DNA of 64,000 nt from Patescibacteria group bacterium. Its GTDB lineage: Bacteria; Patescibacteriota; Microgenomatia; PFEM01; JAHIFH01. Of this stretch, positions 35,230 to 44,173 are shown piece by piece. Numbering within the stretch: position 1 is the stretch's first letter; each line of letters begins with the position of its first letter. Below the pieces are notes generated by a model. That model was not told the DNA's origin. It did not search any database and saw only the letters and a list, made by a program, of their open reading frames with translations. Both the position numbers and the translations under genes were made by a program. The stretch lies in assembly GCA_035529375.1 (NCBI GenBank), contig DATKWU010000009.1:289111-353110 (forward strand), given 5' to 3'.

Positions 35230-36326
35230 GTGGTCAAGATTTTGTTATACTTCTCGCCATGGAAGCAAAGGCTTATCTTCAAGATTACGTTAAAAAAACA
35301 GAGCCACTATTAGATTCCTTTTTTAAAACTAAGGAGAAAGAAGCGGCTGAGATTTCACCCCTGGCCGCAGAAATGATGAGAATTTATCGTCAGTTTATGG
35401 GTGGCAAAAACATTCGTGGAGCTCTGGTCAAATTAGGTTATGAATGTTTTGGTGGTAAGAATGAAAAAGCGATTCTTGAAGCCTCTTTAATGGTGACTCT
35501 GACTCACGCTTTTATTTTAATCCATGATGACGTGATGGATCGGGATGTCTTAAGAAGGAACAAACCAACCATTCATGTTCAATATAGTAATCTCTACAGA
35601 AAACGTCATCAAGATAAAAGAGATCAGGCCGAGCATTATGGTCTGAGTATGGCGATTGATCTTGGTGATATTGGTTTTACTCTGGCCCATCTCCTTTTGG
35701 TTGATACCGATTTTAGTGATGAGATTAAAACCAGAGTTTTGAGAAGATTTAATCAACAGATTTTGACAACCGCTTTTGGTCAGGCTCTTGATGTCACTCT
35801 TGAAGCCACTGATAAGCTCTCAGAAAAAGATATTACCAAGATTCATCATTACAAAACAGCCGACTACACGGTTACTGGTCCCTTACAGTACGGGGCTTTG
35901 TTCGCTGGTGCAAATGAAAAGGAAATAAAAAAGATAGGGAAATTTGGTTTACCAGTTGGGATTGCTTTTCAGTTGCGGGATGATGAATTAGGTCTTTTTG
36001 CTGATGAAAAAATTTTAGGCAAACCAATTGGCAGTGATGTTAAGGAAAACAAAAACACAATTCTTCATCTTAAGGTTCTAGGATTAGCTAAGGGAAAAGA
36101 GAAACAATTTATTCAACAAGTTTATGGCAAGAAGAATCTGACTAAAAAAGAACTGGAAAGAGTCAGGCGGATTACTGAAGAGACTGGGGTTTTAGCTTAT
36201 TCCCAAAAAATGGCGAAGAGTTTGGTTGAAAAAGGCAAGAAATATATTTCCCAAATTACTCGGAAACCTGAATTAGCCGATACTTTAAGAAAAATGGCTG
36301 ATTTTATGATTGAACGCGAGAGTTAG
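35214..36326 (+). CDS. Polyprenyl diphosphate synthase (trans-isoprenyl diphosphate synthase; GGPP/FPP-synthase-like)
   Basis: First Asp-rich motif LIHDDVMDRD and second FQLRDDELG. Confidence 0.85.
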   Translation: MSTFASGQDFVILLAMEAKAYLQDYVKKTEPLLDSFFKTKEKEAAEISPLAAEMMRIYRQFMGGKNIRGALVKLGYECFGGKNEKAILEASLMVTLTHAFILIHDDVMDRDVLRRNKPTIHVQYSNLYRKRHQDKRDQAEHYGLSMAIDLGDIGFTLAHLLLVDTDFSDEIKTRVLRRFNQQILTTAFGQALDVTLEATDKLSEKDITKIHHYKTADYTVTGPLQYGALFAGANEKEIKKIGKFGLPVGIAFQLRDDELGLFADEKILGKPIGSDVKENKNTILHLKVLGLAKGKEKQFIQQVYGKKNLTKKELERVRRITEETGVLAYSQKMAKSLVEKGKKYISQITRKPELADTLRKMADFMIERES

Positions 36327-36328
36327 GA

Positions 36329-37120
36329 GTGGTAGAATCCAGTCCGATGCCGAAAAAAACTTCTAAGACCAAAATAGATAAAAAAAATCTTCCCAGACAT
36401 ATTGGCATTATTATGGATGGTAACCGACGTTGGGCTGCAAAAAGAGATTTGACACCAATGGAAGGCCACCAAGCCGGAGTCAAAGCCCTAATCAAAATTG
36501 TGGATTATTGTTTGGATCTGAAGATAGAAACCTTAACGATTTATGCTCTCTCAACCGAAAATTGGCGGAAAAGAGCCAAGAAAGAAGTGGAAGGACTTTT
36601 TAACTTGTTGGTCAGAGCCGTGGAAGAGAAAAAAGAAGAGTACAAAGAAAAAGGCGTCAAGTTAGTGGTTTTAGGCAATTTTCAGGCTTTTCCTAGGAAA
36701 GTCGTTCGGGCGATTGAAGAGATGTTAGCCATTGTTAAAACTCATGAGAGATTAAAGGTCAATGTCGCTTTAAATTATGGCGGTCGAGACGAAATTATTA
36801 GGGCCATCAAGAAAATTGTTGAAGATGAAGTTCCGCCCAAAAAGATTAATGAAAAAATGTTTGGTAAATTCCTTTACACTAATGGCGAACCAGACCCCGA
36901 CTTAATTATTCGGACTGGCGGCGAATCAAGGCTTTCTAATTTTCTTCTCTGGCAATCTAGCTATTCCGAGCTTTATTTTACTAAAACTCTTTGGCCAGAC
37001 TTTTCTCCAGCCAAGCTCGACAAAACAATTCTTGCTTATCAAAAGCGGACCAGAAGATTTGGTGGGGGTACGTTTGCTATCTACAGGAAGAAAGCTAAAA
37101 AATCTTCAAGCCAAAAATAA
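36329..37120 (+). CDS. uppS: Undecaprenyl-diphosphate synthase (cis-prenyltransferase)
   Basis: HIGIIMDGNRRWA and RTGGESRLSNFLLWQSSYSELYF are UppS hallmarks. Confidence 0.9.
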   Translation: MVESSPMPKKTSKTKIDKKNLPRHIGIIMDGNRRWAAKRDLTPMEGHQAGVKALIKIVDYCLDLKIETLTIYALSTENWRKRAKKEVEGLFNLLVRAVEEKKEEYKEKGVKLVVLGNFQAFPRKVVRAIEEMLAIVKTHERLKVNVALNYGGRDEIIRAIKKIVEDEVPPKKINEKMFGKFLYTNGEPDPDLIIRTGGESRLSNFLLWQSSYSELYFTKTLWPDFSPAKLDKTILAYQKRTRRFGGGTFAIYRKKAKKSSSQK

Positions 37121-37415
37121 CTTCCAAAATTTGAATCAGCCAATAGGCAACAAAAATAATAACAAAGCCGATGACAGCGCCCGTGAGTCTTCCTTTAGCT
37201 GACTCCATTTTCTTTGGGTCACCAGCCGAAGTCATCATTTCAAAGCCAGCCCAAATCAGGATTAAAAGCAAAGCCAAACCAGCCAAAGCAAAAATATAGG
37301 GGATCAGGTCATTGATAATATTGCTAATATTCCCACTGGCAAATGCAAAGCTAGGTGGATCATTAATTGATTCGCCGCCAGGAAAAGTTAAAGCTAATTT
37401 TTTCATTTTATTCAA
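37095..37415 (-). CDS. VirB2/TrbC-like pilin-type small membrane protein (paralog 7)
   Basis: MMTSAGDPKKMESAKGRLTGAVIGFV between two TM helices. Confidence 0.5.
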   Translation of the reverse strand: MNKMKKLALTFPGGESINDPPSFAFASGNISNIINDLIPYIFALAGLALLLILIWAGFEMMTSAGDPKKMESAKGRLTGAVIGFVIIFVAYWLIQILEVIFGLKIF

Positions 37416-37761
37416 ATCCTGGGATAGCTAATATTTCCACTCCAATAATTCTTAAAATAAAAACAGCAAAAACAATTAGTAAGAGACCAGAGATCGCCGA
37501 AGTGATGAGCTCTTTACCTGATTGGACTTTTTCCGGATTACCTCCAGAAGTTAAGACCTGAAGCCCTCCAAAGATAATTAAGAGAGTAGCAATCCCACCG
37601 CCAATACCAATGGCGAAAGCTAGAATTCTACTAACGAAAGCTTGGGGACTTTCAACATTAATTGGCCCAATGGCGGTATTAATAATTGCTTCAGCTAGGG
37701 TTGGACTGGCGAGAATAAAAATTAAAGCAAACAATAAGACGGTCACAGCTAGTTTTTTCAT
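37408..37761 (-). CDS. VirB2/TrbC-like pilin-type small membrane protein (paralog 8)
   Basis: Clear signal peptide MKKLAVTVLLFALIFILASPTLAEA. The mature part is TM1 - VLTSGGNPEKVQSGKELITSAISGLL - TM2, a two-TM pilin-like topology. Confidence 0.5.
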   Translation of the reverse strand: MKKLAVTVLLFALIFILASPTLAEAIINTAIGPINVESPQAFVSRILAFAIGIGGGIATLLIIFGGLQVLTSGGNPEKVQSGKELITSAISGLLLIVFAVFILRIIGVEILAIPGFE

Positions 37762-37837
37762 CAGCTAAAGTTTAACATAATTCCTTTTCAAGAGGCAACC
37801 TAAGTTGAATTAGCCTCTATGATATACTTTTATCAGA

Positions 37838-39541
37838 ATGAAAAAGGTAAAAGTTTTGATCAGTCTCTTAATGGCTTCTTCAATTTTAATTTTTCTTTTT
37901 TCTCATTCTTTTATTGTTCAGGCTGCTTGTCCGGAAAGTGATTATGATTGTCAATTTGAGGAAATTCAAAAAATCATTGATGCTCTCGCCCCAGCCCACG
38001 AACAAAACAAAACCGAATTAGCCAAACTTAAAACTCAATTAGCCGATCTTCAGAAAAGGCTTGATGCCATTACCTTGGGTTTGAAACAGCTTGAGAAGAG
38101 TATTCTTGAGAGGGAGGTTGATTTGGCTTTTCAGGAAAAAATTTTAGCGGCTAAGGTAAGAAGTTATTATATTCAAAGCCAAAAATCTTCTCCCTTTCTC
38201 TTGTTTTTGTCTTCGAATAATGCTCAAGAACTGGCTCGAGAATTAGCTTTCCGGCTTAAAGTTGTTAATCAAGACAGATTGACGATTGTTCAAATTTCGG
38301 CTGATTTGAAGAAACTTCAAGAGGATAAGATTACTTATGAGCGAAGTCAAGCGAGTTTAGCCCAAGCCCAAAAACAGGTTGATGATCGGGCCACTTTTTT
38401 AGAAGGAGAAGTCGAGAAGGTTGAGTCAGCCATTGCCTCTTTGACCGCTAAGCAACAACAAATATTAGCCCAAAAATTAGCCAGTTTAAATCTTCCCACC
38501 ACCTTAGGTGCTGGGCCTTTGGTTTGTGTTGATGATCGAGATCGAGATCCTGGTTTTCGTCCCGCTTTTGCTTTTTTTACTTACGGGATTCCTCATCGAG
38601 TGGGGATGAATCAATACGGAGCTTACGGTCGGGCCAAGGCCGGTCAATCATACCAAGAGATTCTTAAAATTTATTACGAAGGGATTACGATTGAAAAGAA
38701 ACCCAACGTTAGTCTCCAAGTTCAAGGTTATGGAGCGATGCCTTTAGAACAGTATTTATTAGGGATTTACGAGATGCCTGAAAGTTGGCCAATCGAAGCC
38801 CAAAAAGCTCAAGCGGTGGCGGCCCGGTCTTATGCCTTGGCCTATACTGACAATGGGTCTAAAGAAATTTGCACCAGTCAACAATGCCAAGTTTATAAGG
38901 GAGGCAATAAAGGCGGTAATTGGGAAGCAGCGGTCAAAGCAACAGAAGGCGAAGTTGCCGTTCATAGCGGTCAGGTGATTACTGCTTGGTATGCTTCAAC
39001 CGCTGGTGGTTACACTTTTTTTTCTTCTGATGTCGGTTGGAGTCAGCGGCCTTGGACCAAAAGATTACGAGACACCAGTGGTGAAGTCAGTAGTTTTGCT
39101 GATCTTCAGGGTAAAGCCTATGATAAAGACTCACCTTGTTTTTATGCGGCTCAAGGTTGGCGGAAAGAGTATGCTAGTTCTGCCTGGTTAAAATCTGAAG
39201 AAGTGACTGATATTATCAATGTTCTGCTTTTAGCTAAAGCTGATCCTTCAAGTCAACAACACCTGGCCCAGGTGGATAAACCTAATCCTGATGGAGTGGA
39301 TACTTGGGATGCTGGTCGAGTTAAACAAGAATTAAAGAGTCGAGGGATTACCCCTTTTGATAATGTCTCTAGTGTTTCTGTCGGTTGGGACAATGGTCTG
39401 GGAAGAACAACCTCTGTCAGTGTTTCTGGCAGTGCTGGTAATCAAACTTTTGATGGTCCGGAGTTCAAAAACTTTTTTAATCTTCGAGCGCCGGCTAATA
39501 TCCAGATTGTTGGGCCGTTGTTTAATGTTGAGAAAAAGTAG
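37838..39541 (+). CDS. Secreted SpoIID/LytB-domain protein with an N-terminal coiled-coil (putative peptidoglycan lytic enzyme / amidase enhancer)
   Basis: Signal peptide. Coiled-coil (LADLQKRLDAITLGLKQLEKSILEREVDL). SpoIID/LytB motifs GMNQYGAYGRAKAGQSYQEILKIYY, AQKAQAVAARSYALAY...CTSQQCQVYKGG and WYASTAGGYT. Confidence 0.75.
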   Translation: MKKVKVLISLLMASSILIFLFSHSFIVQAACPESDYDCQFEEIQKIIDALAPAHEQNKTELAKLKTQLADLQKRLDAITLGLKQLEKSILEREVDLAFQEKILAAKVRSYYIQSQKSSPFLLFLSSNNAQELARELAFRLKVVNQDRLTIVQISADLKKLQEDKITYERSQASLAQAQKQVDDRATFLEGEVEKVESAIASLTAKQQQILAQKLASLNLPTTLGAGPLVCVDDRDRDPGFRPAFAFFTYGIPHRVGMNQYGAYGRAKAGQSYQEILKIYYEGITIEKKPNVSLQVQGYGAMPLEQYLLGIYEMPESWPIEAQKAQAVAARSYALAYTDNGSKEICTSQQCQVYKGGNKGGNWEAAVKATEGEVAVHSGQVITAWYASTAGGYTFFSSDVGWSQRPWTKRLRDTSGEVSSFADLQGKAYDKDSPCFYAAQGWRKEYASSAWLKSEEVTDIINVLLLAKADPSSQQHLAQVDKPNPDGVDTWDAGRVKQELKSRGITPFDNVSSVSVGWDNGLGRTTSVSVSGSAGNQTFDGPEFKNFFNLRAPANIQIVGPLFNVEKK

Positions 39542-39585
39542 TTATCTTGTTTCTCTTGGATCTGAAATGATAAAATACTAGAACA

Positions 39586-40257
39586 ATGCCTGATATTTAT
39601 ATTGCTAAAGACAAAGAAAAAAAAGCTGCTGAAGAAACGTCTAAATCTAAAAAAGAAAAAACCGAGTCAGTTGCTGATAAACTTAAGAATCAAAGAACAA
39701 CCAATCCTTTTGCTTCTTTAGTGATTCGGCCCCAAAAACTTACTTTTGAGACTCAAGATAAAGAAGAAAAGGTAATTCTTTTAGCTCGCCAGCACCTGAT
39801 TACTAATATTAAATGGATTTTAGCCGCCGTGGCCATGCTTTTTGGGCCAAGCCTTATCTTTATGATTTTTCCTGATTTTTTTAGTTCTTTTCGATACCGA
39901 TCGCTTTTGAATTTAGTTTGGTATTTATTAACTTTTTCTTTTGTTTTTCAACGCTTTCTCAGATGGTTTTTCAATGTTAGTATCATCACTGATGAGAGAG
40001 TGGTTGATATTGACTTTCCTAGTCTTCTTTATCGAGATATCTCCAGCACCAAAATTGATATGATTCAGGATGTCAGTGTTAAGATGGGTGGTTTTGTTCG
40101 TTCCCTTTTTAATTATGGTGATGTCCACATTCAAACAGCGGCTGAACAAAAAGAGTTTATCTTTGAAGCAATTTCCCAGCCTGAGAGAGTAATTAAGATT
40201 CTTAATGAGCTGATTACTGAAGAGGAACAGGAGAAAATAGAAGGGAGGGTACGATGA
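39586..40257 (+). CDS. Hypothetical two-TM membrane protein
   Basis: Lys/Glu-rich N-terminus, then two adjacent TM helices (ILAAVAMLFGPSLIFMIF / LVWYLLTFSFVF) and a ~90-aa C-terminal domain. Confidence 0.5.
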   Translation: MPDIYIAKDKEKKAAEETSKSKKEKTESVADKLKNQRTTNPFASLVIRPQKLTFETQDKEEKVILLARQHLITNIKWILAAVAMLFGPSLIFMIFPDFFSSFRYRSLLNLVWYLLTFSFVFQRFLRWFFNVSIITDERVVDIDFPSLLYRDISSTKIDMIQDVSVKMGGFVRSLFNYGDVHIQTAAEQKEFIFEAISQPERVIKILNELITEEEQEKIEGRVR

Positions 40258-40496
40258 CGCCTTTCGAAAGGTTGATTGAACAATTGGTAACCGTCAGTTT
40301 TAGTTTCCATTGGGTTTTTAAAGCGATTCTCTTAATCGGGATGTTTTTCTATTTGGCTTTTGGCGTGATTGTTGTTCGTCAGGTAAGCTTGATGGCCAAG
40401 ACTCTCAACGGCGCTTTTGCCTCGCCAATTAAGGTGATTGCCTGGATTCAATTGGGACTGATTATTGGTTTATTTTTGATTATTCTTCTTGCTTAA
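40254..40496 (+). CDS. Small (80 aa) two-TM membrane protein, translationally coupled
   Basis: Overlaps the upstream stop codon by 4 nt. Two hydrophobic helices. Confidence 0.4.
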   Translation: MTPFERLIEQLVTVSFSFHWVFKAILLIGMFFYLAFGVIVVRQVSLMAKTLNGAFASPIKVIAWIQLGLIIGLFLIILLA

Positions 40497-40502
40497 CGAG
40501 TA

Positions 40503-42431
40503 ATGAAAAAATTTCTTCTCGAAACTGCCAAAATCGTCGGAACCACCACTGACCAAGCCTGGTCACAAGTTCACACTTTTTCTCCGACCGAAGAGAAAAA
40601 ATTAGCCAGACGTGGTCAATTTTTAGCGGTCATCAGTCTCTCTGGATTGGAAGAAGGGATTGAAACTGTGACGGTTGGAAAAGAAATTCTTTCTCGTCTT
40701 CATGAAGAATATTATGGTCATTTAGAAGCAAAGGCAATTGACCAATTAAAAAAAGCCTTAGAACAAGTAACAAGAGAAACAGAAGGCGAAGTTCAAATAG
40801 AGATTGAAGCCGCGGTTTTAATAGGCGAAATAATCTATTTTGCGGTGGCCGGTGAGGGCAGGATTTTGGTTCAGCGAGAAGGGAAAACGGCGACGGTTTT
40901 ATTGGGAAATAAAGGTGAAGTCGAAATAGCCAGTGGCCGGGTGGTTAAAGATGATGTTTTTCTTTTGGGTAATCCAAGATTTTTTTCTTTTCTCGCCGAA
41001 GGCGCTATTAGTGCCGCTCTATCAATGGGCTCGGTTAATGAGGCGGCTGAATCATTAACACCAATGGTTCATGGCCAGGAAAAAGACGGGATTGCAGCCG
41101 CCGTTATTTCAAAAATTATTGGTCCAAAAGAAGAAGAGGTGCCAACGACCACACCCTCAGATAAAGAACAGGAGAAGCCAGGCGAGTCTTCTTTTAAAGT
41201 CTCGGGTTTAAAAACAGGTTTAAAAGATAAATTGACTGATTGGTTAAAAGTCGGAGCAAAAATAGGACGAGGATTTCTTTTCAAGATTGAAAAAAAACTT
41301 AAGCGCCGGGCAATTTACTTAGAAAAAGAAAATAAAGAAAAGGAAAAAACCCGTCGAACTTTAATCACTATTGCTGCTATTTTACTTGTTTTGCTAATGG
41401 TCAGCATTGTCTTAGGGATCAGGCAGCGAGGCCGAGGTCAGACGAGCAGCGGTCAAAACGCTATTTTACAACAGGCTCAGATTAAGAAAGAAGAAGGCGA
41501 GGCTTTGATTGATCTTAATCCGATTAGAGCTCGCCAATTATTACTTGAAGCAAGAGATTTAATTGATGAGATTGAGCCTGAAGAAGCGAATCAGGCCGTC
41601 CTTGATTTTCGGGAAGAATTAGAAGCTTCCCTTTCTTTGGTGATGCGGGAGCATGAGGTCGAACCAAAAGCTTTCTTTGAATTAGGTATTATTAAGGATG
41701 GGGCGAAAGGGGATGATTTAGCGGTTTCAGGCAAGGAATTAATTCTTTTTGATCGCGGTAAACAGGCTATTTACAGCTTGGAGATAGACAGCAAAAAGTC
41801 GGCGATCCTAGCTGGTGGAGAGAACTTAGCCGATGGTCACCAAGTGGCCGCCTTTTTACCGAAAATTTTTCTTTTAACCGAGAGAGGGATTGTCCAATTT
41901 GATAAAGAGACTAAAAGAGAAGAATTGGTTATTGAGACTGATGAGGAATGGGGAGAAATTGTTGATTTAAGAGCCTTCGGCGGCAATCTTTATTTGCTTG
42001 ATAAAAAAGGCGAGATTTGGAAATATCCGGGGATTGAAGGGGGTTTTGGGGCTTACCGGCGTTGGCTTCAAGGAAGCGAGGTCGATTTTAGTAATGCCGT
42101 GGGGATGAGTATTGACGCTTCGGTCTGGATTCTCAAAAGCAATGGTTCTGTTCTTAAATACACTCAGGGATTGAAGGATGGTTTTACGATTTCTGGCTTA
42201 GACAAGTCTTTTAGTAATCCGACCGCTATTTTTACTGACGATGACCAGGAGAATCTTTACATTCTTGATCAAGGTAATTCCCGAGTGGTAGTGATCAATA
42301 AATCTGGGGAATATTATTCTCAGTATCGTTGGGAAGGGATGAACCAGGTCACTAGTTTAATGGCCTCGGAAGAAGAGGGCAAGATTTTCCTTCTGGCGGG
42401 TGATAAGATTTATCAGATTGACCTAAAATAA
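40503..42431 (+). CDS. Hypothetical 642-aa protein with a central TM segment
   Basis: N-terminal ~270-aa cytoplasmic domain, TM (LITIAAILLVLLMVSIVLGI), then a C-terminal ~300-aa domain with repeated beta-strand-like segments. Confidence 0.5.
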   Translation: MKKFLLETAKIVGTTTDQAWSQVHTFSPTEEKKLARRGQFLAVISLSGLEEGIETVTVGKEILSRLHEEYYGHLEAKAIDQLKKALEQVTRETEGEVQIEIEAAVLIGEIIYFAVAGEGRILVQREGKTATVLLGNKGEVEIASGRVVKDDVFLLGNPRFFSFLAEGAISAALSMGSVNEAAESLTPMVHGQEKDGIAAAVISKIIGPKEEEVPTTTPSDKEQEKPGESSFKVSGLKTGLKDKLTDWLKVGAKIGRGFLFKIEKKLKRRAIYLEKENKEKEKTRRTLITIAAILLVLLMVSIVLGIRQRGRGQTSSGQNAILQQAQIKKEEGEALIDLNPIRARQLLLEARDLIDEIEPEEANQAVLDFREELEASLSLVMREHEVEPKAFFELGIIKDGAKGDDLAVSGKELILFDRGKQAIYSLEIDSKKSAILAGGENLADGHQVAAFLPKIFLLTERGIVQFDKETKREELVIETDEEWGEIVDLRAFGGNLYLLDKKGEIWKYPGIEGGFGAYRRWLQGSEVDFSNAVGMSIDASVWILKSNGSVLKYTQGLKDGFTISGLDKSFSNPTAIFTDDDQENLYILDQGNSRVVVINKSGEYYSQYRWEGMNQVTSLMASEEEGKIFLLAGDKIYQIDLK

Positions 42432-42432
42432 A

Positions 42433-42876
42433 GTGAAAGTTATTAACCGTCGAGCTCGCTATGATTACTATCTTTTAGAGAAGTTTGAAGCAGGCATTGC
42501 CTTAACTGGCTCAGAGGTCAAATCAGTTAAGGCAAGCAAACTAAGCCTTAACGAAGGCTTTGTTAAGATAATTGGAGGCGAGGCTTGGTTACTTAATGCC
42601 TATATCAACCCTTATCCTTATGCCGATAATCGAGATTATGATTCCAAGCGTAACCGGAAGCTGCTTTTACATAAAAACGAGCTCCTAAAATTAAGCCAGC
42701 AAACTAAGGAAAAGAATTTGACGATTGTACCTGTTTCGTGCTATACTAAGGGTCGAAAAATCAAACTAGAGATTGCCTTAGCTAGAGGGAAAAAGAAGTA
42801 TGATAAAAGAGAAACAAAGAAACGCAAGGCAATTGAAAGAGAAATTGAACAGACATTAAAAGATAAGGGGATGTAA
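42433..42876 (+). CDS. smpB: SsrA-binding protein SmpB
   Basis: VINRRARYDYYLLEKFEAGIALTGSEVKSVK... is an SmpB signature. GTG start. Directly upstream of the tmRNA. Confidence 0.9.
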   Translation: MKVINRRARYDYYLLEKFEAGIALTGSEVKSVKASKLSLNEGFVKIIGGEAWLLNAYINPYPYADNRDYDSKRNRKLLLHKNELLKLSQQTKEKNLTIVPVSCYTKGRKIKLEIALARGKKKYDKRETKKRKAIEREIEQTLKDKGM

Positions 42877-43236
42877 GTCTCGACGGGAAGGGTTCTTTAA
42901 AAACAGCAAGCCGACCTGAAATAAGCCGTTAAAAGGTTTCAAAAAAAATATAACTGGCAACCCAAAAGTTGCTAATTATGCTTATGCTTACGCTTAAAAG
43001 CGCTTGGGCATAAGCCATTCATAGTTTTTTCTCCTGGTGAGAAACTATGGGTGACAACCCAGCCAGGATACAATTCAATTGGTTTGGCTAGACTGATTGA
43101 GCCAAGTTTAATTAGCCTTGGTTTTAACTTTCCGGTTGACAGGATCAGGTTAAGACGACAATTAAGAGTCAACTAAGCTTGTAGAAGTTTTTAGAAATTC
43201 TTTTCGGACGCCGGTTCACTCCGGCCATCTCCACCA
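42867..43236 (+). ncRNA. ssrA: tmRNA (ssrA), ~370 nt, not in the ORF track
   Basis: 5' end GGGGATGTAAGTCTCGACGGGAAGG (compare E. coli GGGGCUGAUUCUGGAUUCGACGGGAU). 3' tRNA-like end GGACGCCGGTTCACTCCGGCCATCTCCACCA. The 7-bp acceptor pairing GGGGATG/CATCTCC is preserved. Internal tag ORF GGC AAC CCA AAA GTT GCT AAT TAT GCT TAT GCT TAC GCT TAA (42956-42997) encodes GNPKVANYAYAYA*. Confidence 0.75.
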
Positions 43237-43277
43237 GATCATCTTTAATTCTTAATAGACTTAAGAAATAGAAACTA

Positions 43278-43447
43278 ATGAAAGAGGGGGGTCCCACCGC
43301 TGCCGAAATCATCGCAATTTATGACGAAGTCCGTGGTTACTTCCGGACTCCTCAGGCAATTAAAGGTATCTCTCCTGAGAAAGAAGAAAAACTTCCTACT
43401 AAACAAACTCCTGAACAAGTCCAAGATAAAACTTCTCCTAAGAAATA
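43278..43447 (+). CDS. Possible small ORF (56 aa) between tmRNA and comF
   Basis: My translation gives MKEGGPTAAEIIAIYDEVRGYFRTPQAIKGISPEKEEKLPTKQTPEQVQDKTSPKK. No homology evidence. It is below the ORF-track length cutoff. Confidence 0.2.
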
Positions 43448-43468
43448 AACCCTGTTAAAATTAGTTTA

Positions 43469-44137
43469 ATGCTGCTCGATCTCTTTTTTCCTCGTCGTTG
43501 TTTGGGTTGTGGTGCTTGGGGTAATTACTTTTGTCGAGATTGCCAGCAAGAGATTAAAACCATCAAACTCCAGATTTGCCCGATTTGTCAAAAACCAGCT
43601 CTTCAAGGTCAGACTCATCCAGTTTGTCAAACGCCTTACTCTCTTGATGGTTTAACTTCAATTTTCACTTTTGAAGGGGTGATTAAAGAAGCGATTGGCA
43701 AATTAAAGTATTGGTTAATTACGGATCTAATTGAGGAACTGGTGGCTCTTAGTGTTGATCAAATGCCTCGTAAATTAACCCGATCTTTAATTCTCGTTCC
43801 CATTCCCCTTCATCCGCGCCGCCAACGCTGGCGAGGTTTTAATCAAGCAGAGCTTTTAGCAAAGATTCTAGGTAAACAGTTTAATTGGCAGATCTCCACT
43901 GATTATCTAATCCGTTCTAAAGCCACTCAACCCCAAATTAAGTTAAAAAGCAAAGAAAGAAAAATAAATGTTCAAAAAGCTTTTAAACTTAATCCCAAAG
44001 CTAGAGCTAAAGTGAGAAACAAAAAATTGATTGTTTTTGATGATGTTTGGACGACTGGTTCCACTCTACGTCAGGCTGCACAGGTTTTAAAAAGAGCCCA
44101 GGCTCAAGAGGTTTGGGGTTTGACCTTAGCTAGGTGA
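43469..44137 (+). CDS. comF: ComF-family protein (double zinc ribbon + phosphoribosyltransferase domain)
   Basis: N-terminal CLGCGAWGNYFCRDC...CPIC zinc ribbons. C-terminal PRTase PRPP loop LIVFDDVWTTGSTLRQA. Confidence 0.8.
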   Translation: MLLDLFFPRRCLGCGAWGNYFCRDCQQEIKTIKLQICPICQKPALQGQTHPVCQTPYSLDGLTSIFTFEGVIKEAIGKLKYWLITDLIEELVALSVDQMPRKLTRSLILVPIPLHPRRQRWRGFNQAELLAKILGKQFNWQISTDYLIRSKATQPQIKLKSKERKINVQKAFKLNPKARAKVRNKKLIVFDDVWTTGSTLRQAAQVLKRAQAQEVWGLTLAR

Positions 44138-44173
44138 AAAAAGGCTAGTTTTTTGCTAAAATAGGAACCATTA

